The position numbers were made by a program, and so were the translations under genes. DNA of 64,000 nt, taken from Rhabdothermincola salaria. GTDB lineage: Bacteria; Actinomycetota; Acidimicrobiia; Acidimicrobiales; Acidimicrobilacustridaceae. The DNA lies in contig NZ_JAJQXW010000001.1 in NCBI RefSeq assembly GCF_021246445.1, forward strand, positions 1,506,168 through 1,570,167, in the 5' to 3' direction. Every line of letters starts with the position of its first letter. Position 1 is the stretch's first letter. Below are positions 1 to 10,152 of this stretch, one piece after another. The notes beneath the pieces were generated by a model that saw nothing but the letters and a program-made list of their open reading frames with translations, did not search any database and had not been told where the DNA came from.

Positions 1-507
1 CACGGCCACGGCGGACCCCGACGACGAGCCACCCGGCACCAGCGCCGGATCGAGGGCGTTGGGCGGGGGCGTCTCGCTGCGGACACCCACGAGGCCGGTG
101 GCGAACTGGTCCATGTTGGCCTTGGCGACCACGATCGCGCCCGCCTCCTCGAGGCGTTGCACCGCCGGAGCGGATCGCTCGGGGCGGTAGGCGTAGGCCT
201 CGCAGCCGGCGGTGGTGGGCAGCCCAGCGACGTCGACGTTGTCCTTCACCACGACCGGCACGCCGTAGAGGGGCAGGGCCGCGAACGGGTCAGACCCGGC
301 GTCGCCTCGCCGGCGGAGCAGCGCGCCGACCTCGGCCTCGGCGGCGGCGCGGTCGATCACCGACAGCAGCGTCCCGTCGGCCAGCGCGCCGTCACATCGC
401 GCCAGCACCTCACCGATCACGGTGCGCGGGTCGGCCGACCCCTCGCGGTACGAGGTCCGCAGCGAACCCAACCGCAGGTCTCGACGGTTCGGTCCCGAGG
501 TGCTCAC
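1..507 (-). CDS. atzF: Allophanate hydrolase (amidase-signature family), N-terminal part; runs off the window's left edge
   Basis: Not in the ORF track. Manual translation gives [25 protein letters not shown]...[14 protein letters not shown]...[12 protein letters not shown]. The GTG start overlaps the biuH stop (GTGA). Confidence 0.9.
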   Translation of the reverse strand, partial: MSTSGPNRRDLRLGSLRTSYREGSADPRTVIGEVLARCDGALADGTLLSVIDRAAAEAEVGALLRRRGDAGSDPFAALPLYGVPVVVKDNVDVAGLPTTAGCEAYAYRPERSAPAVQRLEEAGAIVVAKANMDQFATGLVGVRSETPPPNALDPALVPGGSSSGSAVAV

Positions 508-1220
508 GAGCCCGCCATGGCCGACAACAGGGCGGACGACGGCGCCACCGCTCCGAAGACGCCGCCTTGCATCTTCACCATCTCGAGGGCGGCCCCGTAG
601 TTGCCGACGTCGGTGGCTCCGGTGCAGTCGCTCAGCAGCAGGCACTCGTAGCCGCGGTCGTTGGCCTCACGCATGGTCGTGTGCACGCACACGTCCGTGG
701 TGATGCCGGTGAGCACCAGATGGGTGATGCCGGCGGTGCGTAGCACCAGGTCGAGATCGGTCGCGTAGAACGCGCCCTTGCCGGGCTTGTCGATGATCAC
801 CTCGCCGTCGACGGGGGCCACCTCGGGGACGATCTCCCACCCGGGCTCGCCCCGCACGAGGATCCGCCCGCACGGACCGGCATCCCCGATGCCGGCGCCG
901 ATGCGCTGGGACCGCCACAGCTTGTTCGGCGGGCAATCGGACAGATCGGGGCGATGCCCCTCGCGGGTGTGCACGACCAACCAGCCCGCCTCGCGGGCCG
1001 CGGCCAACACCCGCTGGGTGGGCTCGAGGCCGGCCCGGGTGAGGGCCAGGTCGTAGCCCATGGCGTCGACGTAGCCGCCGGGACCGCAGAAGTCGGCCTG
1101 CCAGTCGATGAGGACGAGAGCGATCGCGCCGGCCGCCACGGAGCCCTCGAAGGGCCAGGGGTAGGGCTCGGCGGCGACGGTGGCGACGGTGGGTCGCTCG
1201 GTGGTGGTGTCGGGGCTCAT
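504..1220 (-). CDS. biuH: Biuret hydrolase (isochorismatase-like cysteine hydrolase)
   Basis: Motifs [42 protein letters not shown] and MQGGVFG give an intact D-K-C triad plus BiuH-type residues. Adjacent to atzF. Confidence 0.9.
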   Translation of the reverse strand: MSPDTTTERPTVATVAAEPYPWPFEGSVAAGAIALVLIDWQADFCGPGGYVDAMGYDLALTRAGLEPTQRVLAAAREAGWLVVHTREGHRPDLSDCPPNKLWRSQRIGAGIGDAGPCGRILVRGEPGWEIVPEVAPVDGEVIIDKPGKGAFYATDLDLVLRTAGITHLVLTGITTDVCVHTTMREANDRGYECLLLSDCTGATDVGNYGAALEMVKMQGGVFGAVAPSSALLSAMAGS

Positions 1221-1843
1221 GGTCGGGACTCCTGGGTGGAGGGGACGGGAGAGGGCGAAACCGCGGGGGCGAGCACCTTCAGCACCGCGTCGAGGCCGAC
1301 GACGGCACCGAAGATGCCGCCGGACATGCACACGCTCGACAGCGAACCGGCGACGAGGTCGGCGTCGGCGGCGGCGCAGGCGTCGGTCACGAGCACGCAT
1401 TCCAGACCGCGGTCGTTGGCGCTGCGCAGCGTGGAGTGCACCGGGCCCTCGAGCCCGAGGCCGGCCACGATGAGCTGGTCGATGCCGTTGGTGCGCAGGG
1501 TGAGGTCGAGCTCGCCGGCGAAGAAGCCGTCGATTCCCGAGCTCGACACGGCGATGGTGGTCGGTGGCAGCCGATCGACCGGGAGGGACGGGACGACGGC
1601 CGACGCGGGCGAGGCGCCTCGGCGCAGTCGCTGGTGGGAGACGGAGACGACCTGGCCGCCGACCGCGACCACGGCGGCGGCGAGGCCCACGCAGCGGGCG
1701 ACGACCTCGTCGGGGTCCTCCACGACGGAGGCCCAGTGCCGGTCCCACCCCACGAGGAGGAGGCCCAGCGAAGGCGGGCGCAAGCCGTCGTACGGCCACG
1801 GGTAAGGCTCCGAGGCCACCTGGCGCACGGGTTCAGCGACCAC
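1217..1843 (-). CDS. BiuH-like isochorismatase-family protein lacking the catalytic triad
   Basis: EPYPWPYDG...[22 protein letters not shown]...MSGGIFG aligns with biuH. AGGAGG SD precedes GTG at 1843, and the stop overlaps the biuH ATG. Confidence 0.85.
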   Translation of the reverse strand: MVAEPVRQVASEPYPWPYDGLRPPSLGLLLVGWDRHWASVVEDPDEVVARCVGLAAAVVAVGGQVVSVSHQRLRRGASPASAVVPSLPVDRLPPTTIAVSSSGIDGFFAGELDLTLRTNGIDQLIVAGLGLEGPVHSTLRSANDRGLECVLVTDACAAADADLVAGSLSSVCMSGGIFGAVVGLDAVLKVLAPAVSPSPVPSTQESRP

Positions 1844-2651
1844 GTCGGACCTCCTGACAGCACAGGGCGGGGGCGAGGGACACGAGCAGTTCGACCAGCC
1901 GGTCGGGGGCGTCGAGTTGGGGAAGGTGGCCGACGTCGGCCAGCGGGTGGACGGCGGCGCCGGCGGAGGCGGCGAGCACCTCCGCCACCTGGTGGCGGGC
2001 GGCACCGGACCGCGCCCCGACGCTGGTGTGCAGCGCGACGCCGGTGTCGGCCAGCTGGGCCAGCGTCGACGGATCGAAGCTCACGGCGGTGAAGCGGGGG
2101 ACCTCGCACCGGATCGCCGCGTCGTGGCGCCGGGCGACTTCGGTGAGCTCGTCGCTCCATCGAGTCCATGTGTGCTCCCCGACCAACGCGGCGAGGAAGC
2201 GAACCGTGGCAGCCGGGTCAGCGTCCTCGGTCAGCGCCGCCGCCGCGGTGGTCACCGCGTCGTACAGCATCGGCGCCGACGGACCCAGCAGCGGTTCATG
2301 CACCAGGTAGGTGCACCCCGGATAGCGGCCGGACGAGGCCAGCGACAGGGCGATGGTGGCCCCGCCGCTGATCCCCAGGACCAGCGACGGGGGCTCCTCC
2401 AGTCGGTCGAGGACCTCGACCAGCGCGGGCACCTGCGCCTCGAGCGGGGCGGTCACCTCGTGCTCCGCCCGGCCGTAGCCGGGACGGTGCACGACGGCGA
2501 CCCGGAACGCTGCCCCGAGCCCGGCGACGACCCGGGCGAAGGAGTCCGGTCCGACCCCGACGCCGTGGATGACGACGACGAGCGGGCCGCCGCCCTCGAC
2601 CGTGACCGACAGCCCGGTCGAGGGCGAGCAGAGCTCGAGGGCAGGTTCCAC
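1833..2651 (-). CDS. Alpha/beta-fold hydrolase
   Basis: VIHG oxyanion motif, HRPGYG, GISGG nucleophile elbow and C-terminal GHLP. Confidence 0.8.
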   Translation of the reverse strand: MEPALELCSPSTGLSVTVEGGGPLVVVIHGVGVGPDSFARVVAGLGAAFRVAVVHRPGYGRAEHEVTAPLEAQVPALVEVLDRLEEPPSLVLGISGGATIALSLASSGRYPGCTYLVHEPLLGPSAPMLYDAVTTAAAALTEDADPAATVRFLAALVGEHTWTRWSDELTEVARRHDAAIRCEVPRFTAVSFDPSTLAQLADTGVALHTSVGARSGAARHQVAEVLAASAGAAVHPLADVGHLPQLDAPDRLVELLVSLAPALCCQEVRRGR

Positions 2652-3827
2652 TCAGCTGGTCCGGCCGGTCACGCCCTGCACGAAGAAGTCCATCTGCTCG
2701 ACCTCTGCGTAGGTGGGCTGCTCACCCTCGGCCCACACCACCTCGCCGTCCTGGTCGACGACCGGACCGGCGAAGGGCGAGCCGCCGTCGATGAAGCGCT
2801 GGCGGGCCTCGTCGACGAGGGCCTGGGTGTCCTCGTCGACCATGGGGCCGTAGGCCGACTGGACGAACGGGTTCGAGCCGGTCTGCAACCCCACCCGGAA
2901 GTCGCCGTTGAAGTCGCTGTCGACGAACGCACCGTCGAGGATGGTCTGCACGATCTCGACGTAGAGGGGACCCCAGTCCCACTCCGAGCCGGTGATCCAG
3001 CCCTCGGGGGTGAGCTCGGAGGCGTCGAAGTGGTAGCCGACGGTCATGGCGCCGGCGGCATCCGCGGTCTCGATGATGGTCTTGGTGCAGTCCTGGTGCT
3101 GGGTGAGCACGTCGACGCCCTGGTTGAGCAGGCTCGACGCCGCCTGGGCCTGCAGGCCGGGGTCGCACCACGACCCGGTGGAGACGGCGATCACCTCGAT
3201 CTCGGGGTTCACGCTCTGGGCACCGAGGGTGAAGGCGTTGATGTTGGACAGCGTCTGGGGGATCGGGAAGGCGTAGACGTAGCCCAGCTTGCCCGTCTCC
3301 GTGGCCGCCCCGGCCGCGATGCCCGCCGTGTAGACGGGCTCGTAGACCGTGCCGAAGTAGGTGCCGAAGTTGTCGAGGCCCGGCTCGGGCTCGAGGCCGC
3401 CCTGGTGGACGATCGTGACGTCGGGGTGCAACGCCGCCACGTTGTTGGCGAACTCCATGTGCCCGTACGAGGTCGGGAAGATGATGTCGGCGCCCTGGTT
3501 GATCATCTCCTCCATGACCTGCTCGGCCTCGGCCGTCTCCGGCACGTTCTCGGCCCGCAGGATGGTGGCGTCGGGGAAGGCCTCCTCCACGGCGACCGAT
3601 CCCTCGTAGGCGGCCTGGTTGTACCCGAAGTCGTCCTTGGGGCCGACGAAGAGGAACCCGATGGTGGGGGCGTCACCGTCTGCGTCGCTGGCCGAAGCCG
3701 TGGCGGTGTCGTCGCTCGAGCAGGCCGAGCCGAGCAGGGCGAGCACGCCGAGGGCGGCGGCCAGCACCACCCAGGGTCGGCGGCGTCGGGTGGGGTGCGT
3801 GTCCCCGGGGTTGGCAACTGGACTCAT
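2652..3827 (-). CDS. BMP-family ABC transporter substrate-binding lipoprotein
   Basis: Lipobox-like LGSAC; FLFVGPKDDFGYNQA and INAFTLGAQSVNP motifs. An alternative GTG start lies at 3851. Confidence 0.9.
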   Translation of the reverse strand: MSPVANPGDTHPTRRRRPWVVLAAALGVLALLGSACSSDDTATASASDADGDAPTIGFLFVGPKDDFGYNQAAYEGSVAVEEAFPDATILRAENVPETAEAEQVMEEMINQGADIIFPTSYGHMEFANNVAALHPDVTIVHQGGLEPEPGLDNFGTYFGTVYEPVYTAGIAAGAATETGKLGYVYAFPIPQTLSNINAFTLGAQSVNPEIEVIAVSTGSWCDPGLQAQAASSLLNQGVDVLTQHQDCTKTIIETADAAGAMTVGYHFDASELTPEGWITGSEWDWGPLYVEIVQTILDGAFVDSDFNGDFRVGLQTGSNPFVQSAYGPMVDEDTQALVDEARQRFIDGGSPFAGPVVDQDGEVVWAEGEQPTYAEVEQMDFFVQGVTGRTS

Positions 3828-3906
3828 GGGGTGTGGTGCCTTTCTCGTCACTGGCCGAGGCCAGATGGGGGGTTGGAGAGCAGTCCGCCGCGGGCGGAGG
3901 TCGGGG

Positions 3907-4812
3907 TCAGGCCGAGCCTTCGAAGACCCGTTGCAGCGCGGCCGGGGCGGCGTGGCGACGGCGACGGCTCAGGGCCACCAGCACGGCGATCACCACCAGG
4001 TAGGGCAGGGCCTGCAACAGGTACCGCGACACCTCGCTGCCCTGGGCCTGCAGCTCGAGCTGAAGGGCGACAGCGCCGCTGAAGAGGTAGGCGCCGGCGA
4101 TGGCCTTGAGGGGGTTCCATGCGGCGAAGATCACGAGGCCGACGGCCACGAAGCCTCGGCCCGCCACCATGCCCTCGGACCAGTTGCGGGTGAAGGCGGT
4201 GGCCAGCTGGGCGCCGCCGAGCCCGGCGAGGGCTCCGCCGGCCAGCACGCCGAACACCCGCACCGACCGGGGCGAGGACCCGTAGACCTCGAGCACCTCG
4301 GGCCGCTCGCCGGCGGCCCGCAGCTTCAGACCCGCTGACGTGGAGCGCATCATCCACCACAGGCCGGCGGCGGCGACCACCGACAGGTAGGTCAGCGGGT
4401 CGTGATCGAAGAGGATGCTGCCGAGGAACGGCAGCTCGGAGAGGCCGGGCACCGCGACGTCGGTGAGCGGGACGACCCCCTGCCCCACGTACGACTGCCC
4501 GAACAGGGCGGTGATGCCGATGGCCAAGAAGGTGACCACAAGACCCACGGCGATCTGGTTGGCGCCCCGGAACAGCACGACGAAGGCGTGCACCGCGGCG
4601 AGTGCGGCACCGGCGGCGAGGCCGGCGGCGACGCCGAGCCACGGGTTGCCGGTCTCGATCCCGACGGCGTAGGCGGCCAACGCCCCGGTGAGCATCGACC
4701 CCTCGGTTCCGAGGTTGATCACCCCGGAACGCTCGGCGACCACCTCTCCGAGCGTCGGAAACAAGATGGAGGTGCCGCCGGCCACGGCTCCGGCGAGGAC
4801 GGCTTCGATCAT
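3907..4812 (-). CDS. ABC transporter permease (nucleoside/BMP type)
   Basis: GEVVAERSGVINLGTEG and GRGFVAVGLVIFAAWNP motifs; multiple TM segments; start overlaps the upstream stop. Confidence 0.9.
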   Translation of the reverse strand: MIEAVLAGAVAGGTSILFPTLGEVVAERSGVINLGTEGSMLTGALAAYAVGIETGNPWLGVAAGLAAGAALAAVHAFVVLFRGANQIAVGLVVTFLAIGITALFGQSYVGQGVVPLTDVAVPGLSELPFLGSILFDHDPLTYLSVVAAAGLWWMMRSTSAGLKLRAAGERPEVLEVYGSSPRSVRVFGVLAGGALAGLGGAQLATAFTRNWSEGMVAGRGFVAVGLVIFAAWNPLKAIAGAYLFSGAVALQLELQAQGSEVSRYLLQALPYLVVIAVLVALSRRRRHAAPAALQRVFEGSA

Positions 4813-5945
4813 CGGGAGGTCTCCTTGCGTCCCCAGCCGAGGACGGCCAGGAGGATGAGGGCCATGAGCACGTTCACCGCACCGCCGGAGAGGCCGGCGG
4901 CAATCTTGAGGCCGGTGCCGCCCACGGCGATCGCCGACAGGGCCACGGCAGCGATCGCCACCTTCCAGGGCTGGTGGCGCCCCAGCCACGAGGCGAGGAA
5001 GGCGATGTAGCCGAACCCGACCAGCAAGTCGGGACGGAGACGGCCCTCCACCCCGGCGACGGCCACCATGCCGCCGATGCCGGCGAGGACGCCGCCGGTG
5101 GCGAAGGCCGAGACGACCAGGCCCTTGACGTTCATGCCCGCCCGGCGGGCCGCTTCGGGGTTGCCGCCGACGACTCGGAGGCGGAACCCCCAGCGGGTGC
5201 TCCGGAAGGCCCACCAGACGACGGGCACGGCGACGAGGGCGACGAGGATGCCGATGTTGACCCGGTTCCCCCACAGCAGGGGGAGCCGTTGGGGGCCGAC
5301 CAACTCGGTGGAGTAGGCCTGGCCGGTGCTGACGGGATCCCGCCAGGGCTCGAACACCAGCCAGGCGAGGACGATGTAGGCGACGTAGTTCAACAGCAGC
5401 GACACGATGGCCTCGCTGGTCTCGAACCAGATCCGCAGGAGAGCCGGGATCAGCGCCCAGGCCATGCCGGCGACCGCCCCGCCCAGGCCGATCAGCACCA
5501 GCGTGGGCCCGGTGGGGAGGCCATCGCCGAGGGCGTAGGCCGTCCCGGCGGCACCGACGGCACCGATCACCAGCTGGCCCTCGCCGCCGATGTTGAACAG
5601 CCCGGCCCGGGCGGGGATGGCCACGGCGAGGGCCGCCAGCAGGAGCGGGGCGGCTCGCACCAGCGTTTCGCCGACCGCTCGGGGGCTCCCGAAGGCCGAC
5701 GTCCACATGGCCTCGAGCACCTCCAGCGGTGAGGCTCCCTTGGCCACCAGGAACACGCAGTACACGAGCGCGGCGCCGCCGAGCACCAGCACCCACCGCA
5801 GGACGCTGCGCCCGGTGACGACGAGCCGGGCGGCGGCGCCGCCCCCGACCTCGTCGTCGGGGGCGGACGCCGGTGGAGGGTCGGCGGGCGGAGGGGTCCC
5901 GCCGACCTCCGGAGGGGCGATGGGACGGGGAACGGTGGTGCTCAT
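4809..5945 (-). CDS. ABC transporter permease (nucleoside/BMP type)
   Basis: [11 protein letters not shown] and [11 protein letters not shown] motifs; multiple TM segments. Confidence 0.9.
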   Translation of the reverse strand: MSTTVPRPIAPPEVGGTPPPADPPPASAPDDEVGGGAAARLVVTGRSVLRWVLVLGGAALVYCVFLVAKGASPLEVLEAMWTSAFGSPRAVGETLVRAAPLLLAALAVAIPARAGLFNIGGEGQLVIGAVGAAGTAYALGDGLPTGPTLVLIGLGGAVAGMAWALIPALLRIWFETSEAIVSLLLNYVAYIVLAWLVFEPWRDPVSTGQAYSTELVGPQRLPLLWGNRVNIGILVALVAVPVVWWAFRSTRWGFRLRVVGGNPEAARRAGMNVKGLVVSAFATGGVLAGIGGMVAVAGVEGRLRPDLLVGFGYIAFLASWLGRHQPWKVAIAAVALSAIAVGGTGLKIAAGLSGGAVNVLMALILLAVLGWGRKETSR

Positions 5946-7498
5946 GCGGCCCCCTGCAGCATCAGTTGGCCGACGGTTCGGCGATCGGTGGTGGAGGGTT
6001 CGACGATCCCGGCGACCTCGCCGTGGTGCAGGACGACGATCCGGTCGGCGACGGCGAGGAGCTCGTCGATGTCCTCGGAGACCATCAGCACCCCGGTCCC
6101 ACCGGCCCGCCGTTCGAGCAGCAGCTCCTGGGTGGCCCGCACCGAGGCGACGTCGAGACCCCGGCTCGGGTAGGCCACGACCACGAGGGCGGCGTCGTCG
6201 AGAACGAGGGCCCTCGACAGCATCACCCGCTGGATGTTGCCGCCCGAGAGCTGTTGGACCGGTCGGTCCAGGGCCTGCAGGTTGAGACGCCGAGGCTCCT
6301 GTCGTTCGTCGAAGAACGTCCGGGCCCGCCGCCAGTCCACGCCGACCCCGCGGCGGGGAAGGGGCCGACCGGTGAGCACGAGGTGCTCGAGGACGGTGAG
6401 GCCGGGCACGACGGCGTCGGCCACCGGGTCCTCCGGGACGCCGACGGCGCCGAAGCGACGCGTCGGGTCCGTGCCGTCGGGCCCGGCCTCACCATCGGGG
6501 TCCGTGGCTCGCAGCGCATCGAGAGGCCGGTTGCTGCGCACCTGCTCCCCGGAGACGTGCACCTCTCCGGCGTGGAAGGGGCGCAGGCCGAGCACGGCCT
6601 CCAGTAGCTCGCGCTGGCCGTTGCCGGAGACACCGGCCACCCCGACGAGCTCGCCGGGCTCCACCAGGAAGGTGACGTCGCGCAGCGCCGGCCGCCCGTC
6701 GTCGCCCTTGACGCTGAGTCCGCTGATCGCCAGGGCCGGCGTGCCGGTGCCGACCGGGGCCCGTTGGGCCGGCAGCGGCGCCGGGACGGTGCCCACCATC
6801 GCCTCCACCAGCTGGTCGTCGGTCATCGACGACGGTGCGGCGTCGCTCACCACCAGGTGCCCGGCCCGCAGGACGGTCAGGCGGTCGGCCACCTGGCGGG
6901 TCTCTCGGAGCTTGTGGGTGATCAGCACCACACCGAGGCCGTCGGCGCGGAGCTGGTCGATGACCTCCAGCAGGGCGTCGACCTCCTGGGGGGCCAGAGC
7001 GCTCGTCGGTTCGTCGAGGATGATCACCCGGGCGTCGGCCAGCAGGACCCGCAAGATCTCCACCTGCTGGCGCCGGGCCAGGTCGAGCTCGCGCACCGGC
7101 CGGTTCGGGTCGACGTGGAGACCGTGGCGGTCGGCCGTCTCGAGGATGCGGGCGCCGAGCCCGGGGGCACCGGGGCGCACGCCGAGGGAGAGGGCCACGT
7201 TCTCGGCCACGCTGAAGGCGGGCACGAGACGCAGGTCCTGGAAGACCATGCCGATGCCGGCGGCCCTCGCCGCGCCGGGCGACCCGAGCGCCAGGGGTCG
7301 ACCGTCCACCGTGACGGCGCCCTCCTGGGGGTGGTTGACGCCGTAGAGGACCTTCATCAACGTGGACTTGCCGGCACCGTTCTCGCCCAGCAGGGCGCTC
7401 ACCTCGCCGGCGCGCACCACGAAGTCGACCGACTGGTTGGCGACCAGGTCGCCGAAGCGCTGGGTGATGCCGCGGGCCTCGAGCAGCGGCGCCGTCAT
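5942..7498 (-). CDS. ABC transporter ATP-binding protein (two NBDs)
   Basis: [15 protein letters not shown] and LSGGNIQR; degenerate second Walker A GVSGNGQ. Confidence 0.93.
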   Translation of the reverse strand: MTAPLLEARGITQRFGDLVANQSVDFVVRAGEVSALLGENGAGKSTLMKVLYGVNHPQEGAVTVDGRPLALGSPGAARAAGIGMVFQDLRLVPAFSVAENVALSLGVRPGAPGLGARILETADRHGLHVDPNRPVRELDLARRQQVEILRVLLADARVIILDEPTSALAPQEVDALLEVIDQLRADGLGVVLITHKLRETRQVADRLTVLRAGHLVVSDAAPSSMTDDQLVEAMVGTVPAPLPAQRAPVGTGTPALAISGLSVKGDDGRPALRDVTFLVEPGELVGVAGVSGNGQRELLEAVLGLRPFHAGEVHVSGEQVRSNRPLDALRATDPDGEAGPDGTDPTRRFGAVGVPEDPVADAVVPGLTVLEHLVLTGRPLPRRGVGVDWRRARTFFDERQEPRRLNLQALDRPVQQLSGGNIQRVMLSRALVLDDAALVVVAYPSRGLDVASVRATQELLLERRAGGTGVLMVSEDIDELLAVADRIVVLHHGEVAGIVEPSTTDRRTVGQLMLQGAA

Positions 7499-8211
7499 CG
7501 CCGGCCCCGTGTGGTCAACATGCGGGCCAGAGCGGCGGCTGCCCGCTCGCCGACGACGGCCAGCGAGCTCTCGAAGTGCTCGATCAGCCGCGTGCGGGCG
7601 TCGGCGTCGTCGCCCTCGAGGAGGGCGTCGAGCACGCCGAGGTGCTCCTCGACGGTGCAGACCACGCGCTCCTCGGTGAGGAAGTCCTGCATGCGCACGA
7701 TGCGGATCCGCTCGTTGACCCGACCGAGGAGCTCCGCCAGCGCGTGGTTCCCGGAGGCGGCCGCCACCCTGAGGTGGAAGTCCTCGTCGAGCAGGACGAA
7801 GTCAGGGTCCGGTTCGAAGACCTCTTCGCCCACGCTGTCACCCGCCGCCTGCCAGTCGTCTCGGAGCCGGACGAGGGCGTCGACGTCGCGGGGGATGCCG
7901 CGCCGGCCCGGTCGGTCGAGGGCGTCGAGCTCGAGCGCGAACCGGACCTCGTAGAGGCCGTTCATGGTGTCGAGGTCGGGCAGGACCGGGCAGTAGCCGC
8001 CGTCGGGGTGGCGCTCGACGAGTCCCTCGACGTGGAGGCGGGCGAGCGCCTCGCGGACCGGCGTCCGGGAGACCTCGAGGAGCGAGGCGAGACGCTCCTC
8101 TCCCATCCGCACGCCGAAGTGGAAGTCGCCCCGCAGCAACAGGGTCTTCAACTCGGCGTGGGCGCGGTCCCCTCTCGGCTCGGGGAGCTTCGGATACGGC
8201 TCTGTATACAC
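7495..8211 (-). CDS. GntR/FadR (FCD) family transcriptional regulator
   Basis: [22 protein letters not shown] and FCD-type DEDFH...SGN...EH. Start placed at GTG 8211, 7 nt after a TACGTT -10 (leaderless). Confidence 0.88.
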   Translation of the reverse strand: MYTEPYPKLPEPRGDRAHAELKTLLLRGDFHFGVRMGEERLASLLEVSRTPVREALARLHVEGLVERHPDGGYCPVLPDLDTMNGLYEVRFALELDALDRPGRRGIPRDVDALVRLRDDWQAAGDSVGEEVFEPDPDFVLLDEDFHLRVAAASGNHALAELLGRVNERIRIVRMQDFLTEERVVCTVEEHLGVLDALLEGDDADARTRLIEHFESSLAVVGERAAAALARMLTTRGRR

Positions 8212-8261
8212 GCAGGTCAACGTAGGGATGGCCTGTGTCGCAGCCGTTTCCCGACCGTGAC
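8203..8261 (-). promoter_or_regulatory. Biuret operon promoter: GlnR-box-like site, -10 element and GntR-type palindrome
   Basis: Minus strand reads GTCAC-n6-GAAAC-n6-GACAC (8261-8235). TACGTT lies at 8224-8219 and a TGTATACA palindrome (8203-8210) overlaps the start codon. Confidence 0.7.
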
Positions 8262-8318
8262 GGCGCCACGACGAGCTCCTTGTGTGCGTCTGCACACCCC
8301 CTGAACGCCGTCTGACCT

Positions 8319-8440
8319 CCCCCGAACGCCGAACGCTCCCCTGCCCATCTGCGTACCTGCCCGAACCCGCACCTGTCAGAGAAGTGCGCTGACAGGTGTC
8401 GCGAAGACGCGACAGGTACGCAGAGGGGGGCGCTCGGGGG
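8319..8440. repeat. Nested palindromic (REP/MITE-like) intergenic element
   Basis: Inverted repeats CCCCCGAACGCC/GGCGCTCGGGGG, TCTGCGTACCTG/CAGGTACGCAGA, CACCTGTCAG/CTGACAGGTG and TGTCGCG-AAGA-CGCGACA. Confidence 0.7.
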
Positions 8441-8499
8441 TGACGCTGGCAGGGGCGGAGCGAGCGGGGGCGGGGCGAGGCGGGGCCGTCGCCGGCCGG

Positions 8500-10152
8500 T
8501 CAGCGGTTGCGCTTGCGCCGGCGTTGGGCCGCCCGAGAGGCCCGGGCCCGGGCCTCGCGGGTGGCCCGCTCGGCCTTGTCGTGCGCCTCGGCGACGACCT
8601 TCTCGAACCGGCGGGCCGCCTCCACGTCCACCTTGCGGGACTCCTCCTCGGCCCGGGCGATGGCCTCGGCCACCTTGCGCTGGGCCTCGTGCTCGACCTC
8701 GGCCACGCGACGGGCGGTGTCGGCTTCGATGCGCCGGAGCCGGCGCTCGGCCTCATCGTCGGCCTGCTCGGCCTTGCGATCGGCCTCACGGTCGAGCTCG
8801 CGCAGGGCCTGCGCAGCACCGATGTCGGTGAGCAGGTCGAGTTGGAGGTCGGCATCGATGTCGGCGGACAGCACCAGCTCGGTGAGGGCGTCGAGCTCGT
8901 CGACGGTGGGATCGTCGACGAGGTCCTGCACCACCTCCGGCGGGGCCTCCCCCCGCAGGACCAGCGACAGGCGTTCGGGCAGCGATTCCAGGTCCTCGGG
9001 TGGGGTGGCCCCGGCCAGGCCGCCGGCGGCGCGCTCGCGCAGCGACCGGTCGCGTTCCCGCCAGCGGTCCTGCAACACCCGGCGCCGCGCCGACCGCCCC
9101 TCGCGGGCGGTGCGGTAGGCCCCCTCGTAGCTGTCCCCGGAGCGCTGCAGGCGCCACAGCGCGACACGGCCGATGTCCTTCAGGTAGTGGTGGCGCAGCG
9201 AGGTGAAGTCGAAGCGGCCGTCATCGGCGAGCGCCTGGTGGACGGCGGGGCCGACCACCACCGAACCGGGATAGGCGATGCTCACGATGCGGCTGGCCAG
9301 GTTGACGGTGTGGCCGTACACGTCGCCGTCGCGCTCGAGCACGGGTCCGGTGGCCAGGCCCACGCGCACGTCGGAGAGGTTCGGGTCCTCGCGGTAGCTG
9401 CGGGCCAACTCGAGGGCCAGCTCGGCCCCCGTGCGCACATCGTCGGCGACGAACATGACCTCGTCGCCGATGGTCTTCACCACTCGGGCCCCGTGCCGGG
9501 CCACCACGTCGTAGGCGATCGACTCGAACCGCCCCACCACCCTCGCCAACGCGGCCTGGTCGAGCTGTTGGGTCTGGGCGGTGAACCCGACCAGGTCGGC
9601 GAACCCCACGCAGACCGGCGGCGTCTCCCCGGGCACGGCGCCGCGGAGCACCCGGCGCCGAGCAGCGGCCGCCAGCTGGCGGCGCCACACGAACTCGAGG
9701 ACCTGCGGCATGAGCGAGGTCATCTCGGCCGTGCGTTGCACCTCTTCGACCTCGCCGGCTTCGGTGGCGCGCGACAGGCGGGCCAGGAGGGCGTCGACCT
9801 GGGCCGCCGCGATCCGATCGAGGGCCGAGCCGATGACTCGCGCCATCTGCAACGCCACCTCCGGATCGAGCGAACCGTTGGCGATGAGCCCCACGACGCT
9901 CGACAGCATCTCGACGTCGTCGTCGGTGAGCAGCTTCTCGCCGGGGCGCGGCTCAGGGAAGCCGAGGGCGCGCCAGTAGACGTGCAACATGTCGGCGTCG
10001 AGCCCGGACTGGCGGGCCACGTCGGCGAGGTCGAACCGGGGCTGTTCGAGATCGGTGTAGGCGGCCAGGGCCCGGCTGTCGTTGTCGGCCATGGCGGGCG
10101 GGCTCTCCGTCCGACCCTCGGTGGGGTCGACCGGCGGCTCGCCCTCGGTCAC
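8500..10152 (-). CDS. Class III adenylate cyclase (Rv1264-like regulatory N-domain) with a long C-terminal coiled coil
   Basis: FADLVGFT, KTIGDEVM, RVGLATG and GDVYGHTVNLASRI; N-terminal YWRALGFP. The GTG overlaps the upstream stop. Confidence 0.88.
   Translation of the reverse strand: MTEGEPPVDPTEGRTESPPAMADNDSRALAAYTDLEQPRFDLADVARQSGLDADMLHVYWRALGFPEPRPGEKLLTDDDVEMLSSVVGLIANGSLDPEVALQMARVIGSALDRIAAAQVDALLARLSRATEAGEVEEVQRTAEMTSLMPQVLEFVWRRQLAAAARRRVLRGAVPGETPPVCVGFADLVGFTAQTQQLDQAALARVVGRFESIAYDVVARHGARVVKTIGDEVMFVADDVRTGAELALELARSYREDPNLSDVRVGLATGPVLERDGDVYGHTVNLASRIVSIAYPGSVVVGPAVHQALADDGRFDFTSLRHHYLKDIGRVALWRLQRSGDSYEGAYRTAREGRSARRRVLQDRWRERDRSLRERAAGGLAGATPPEDLESLPERLSLVLRGEAPPEVVQDLVDDPTVDELDALTELVLSADIDADLQLDLLTDIGAAQALRELDREADRKAEQADDEAERRLRRIEADTARRVAEVEHEAQRKVAEAIARAEEESRKVDVEAARRFEKVVAEAHDKAERATREARARASRAAQRRRKRNR

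Noticed and set aside
1217..1843. Calling the second cysteine-hydrolase-like gene triuret hydrolase (trtA)
   Set aside because: TrtA needs the D-K-C triad, and all three positions are substituted here.
8300..8499. Guanidine or other nitrogen riboswitch ahead of the biuret operon
   Set aside because: No ACGR-loop twin hairpins or ykkC consensus are present, and the operon appears leaderless, so this region is not in its 5' UTR.
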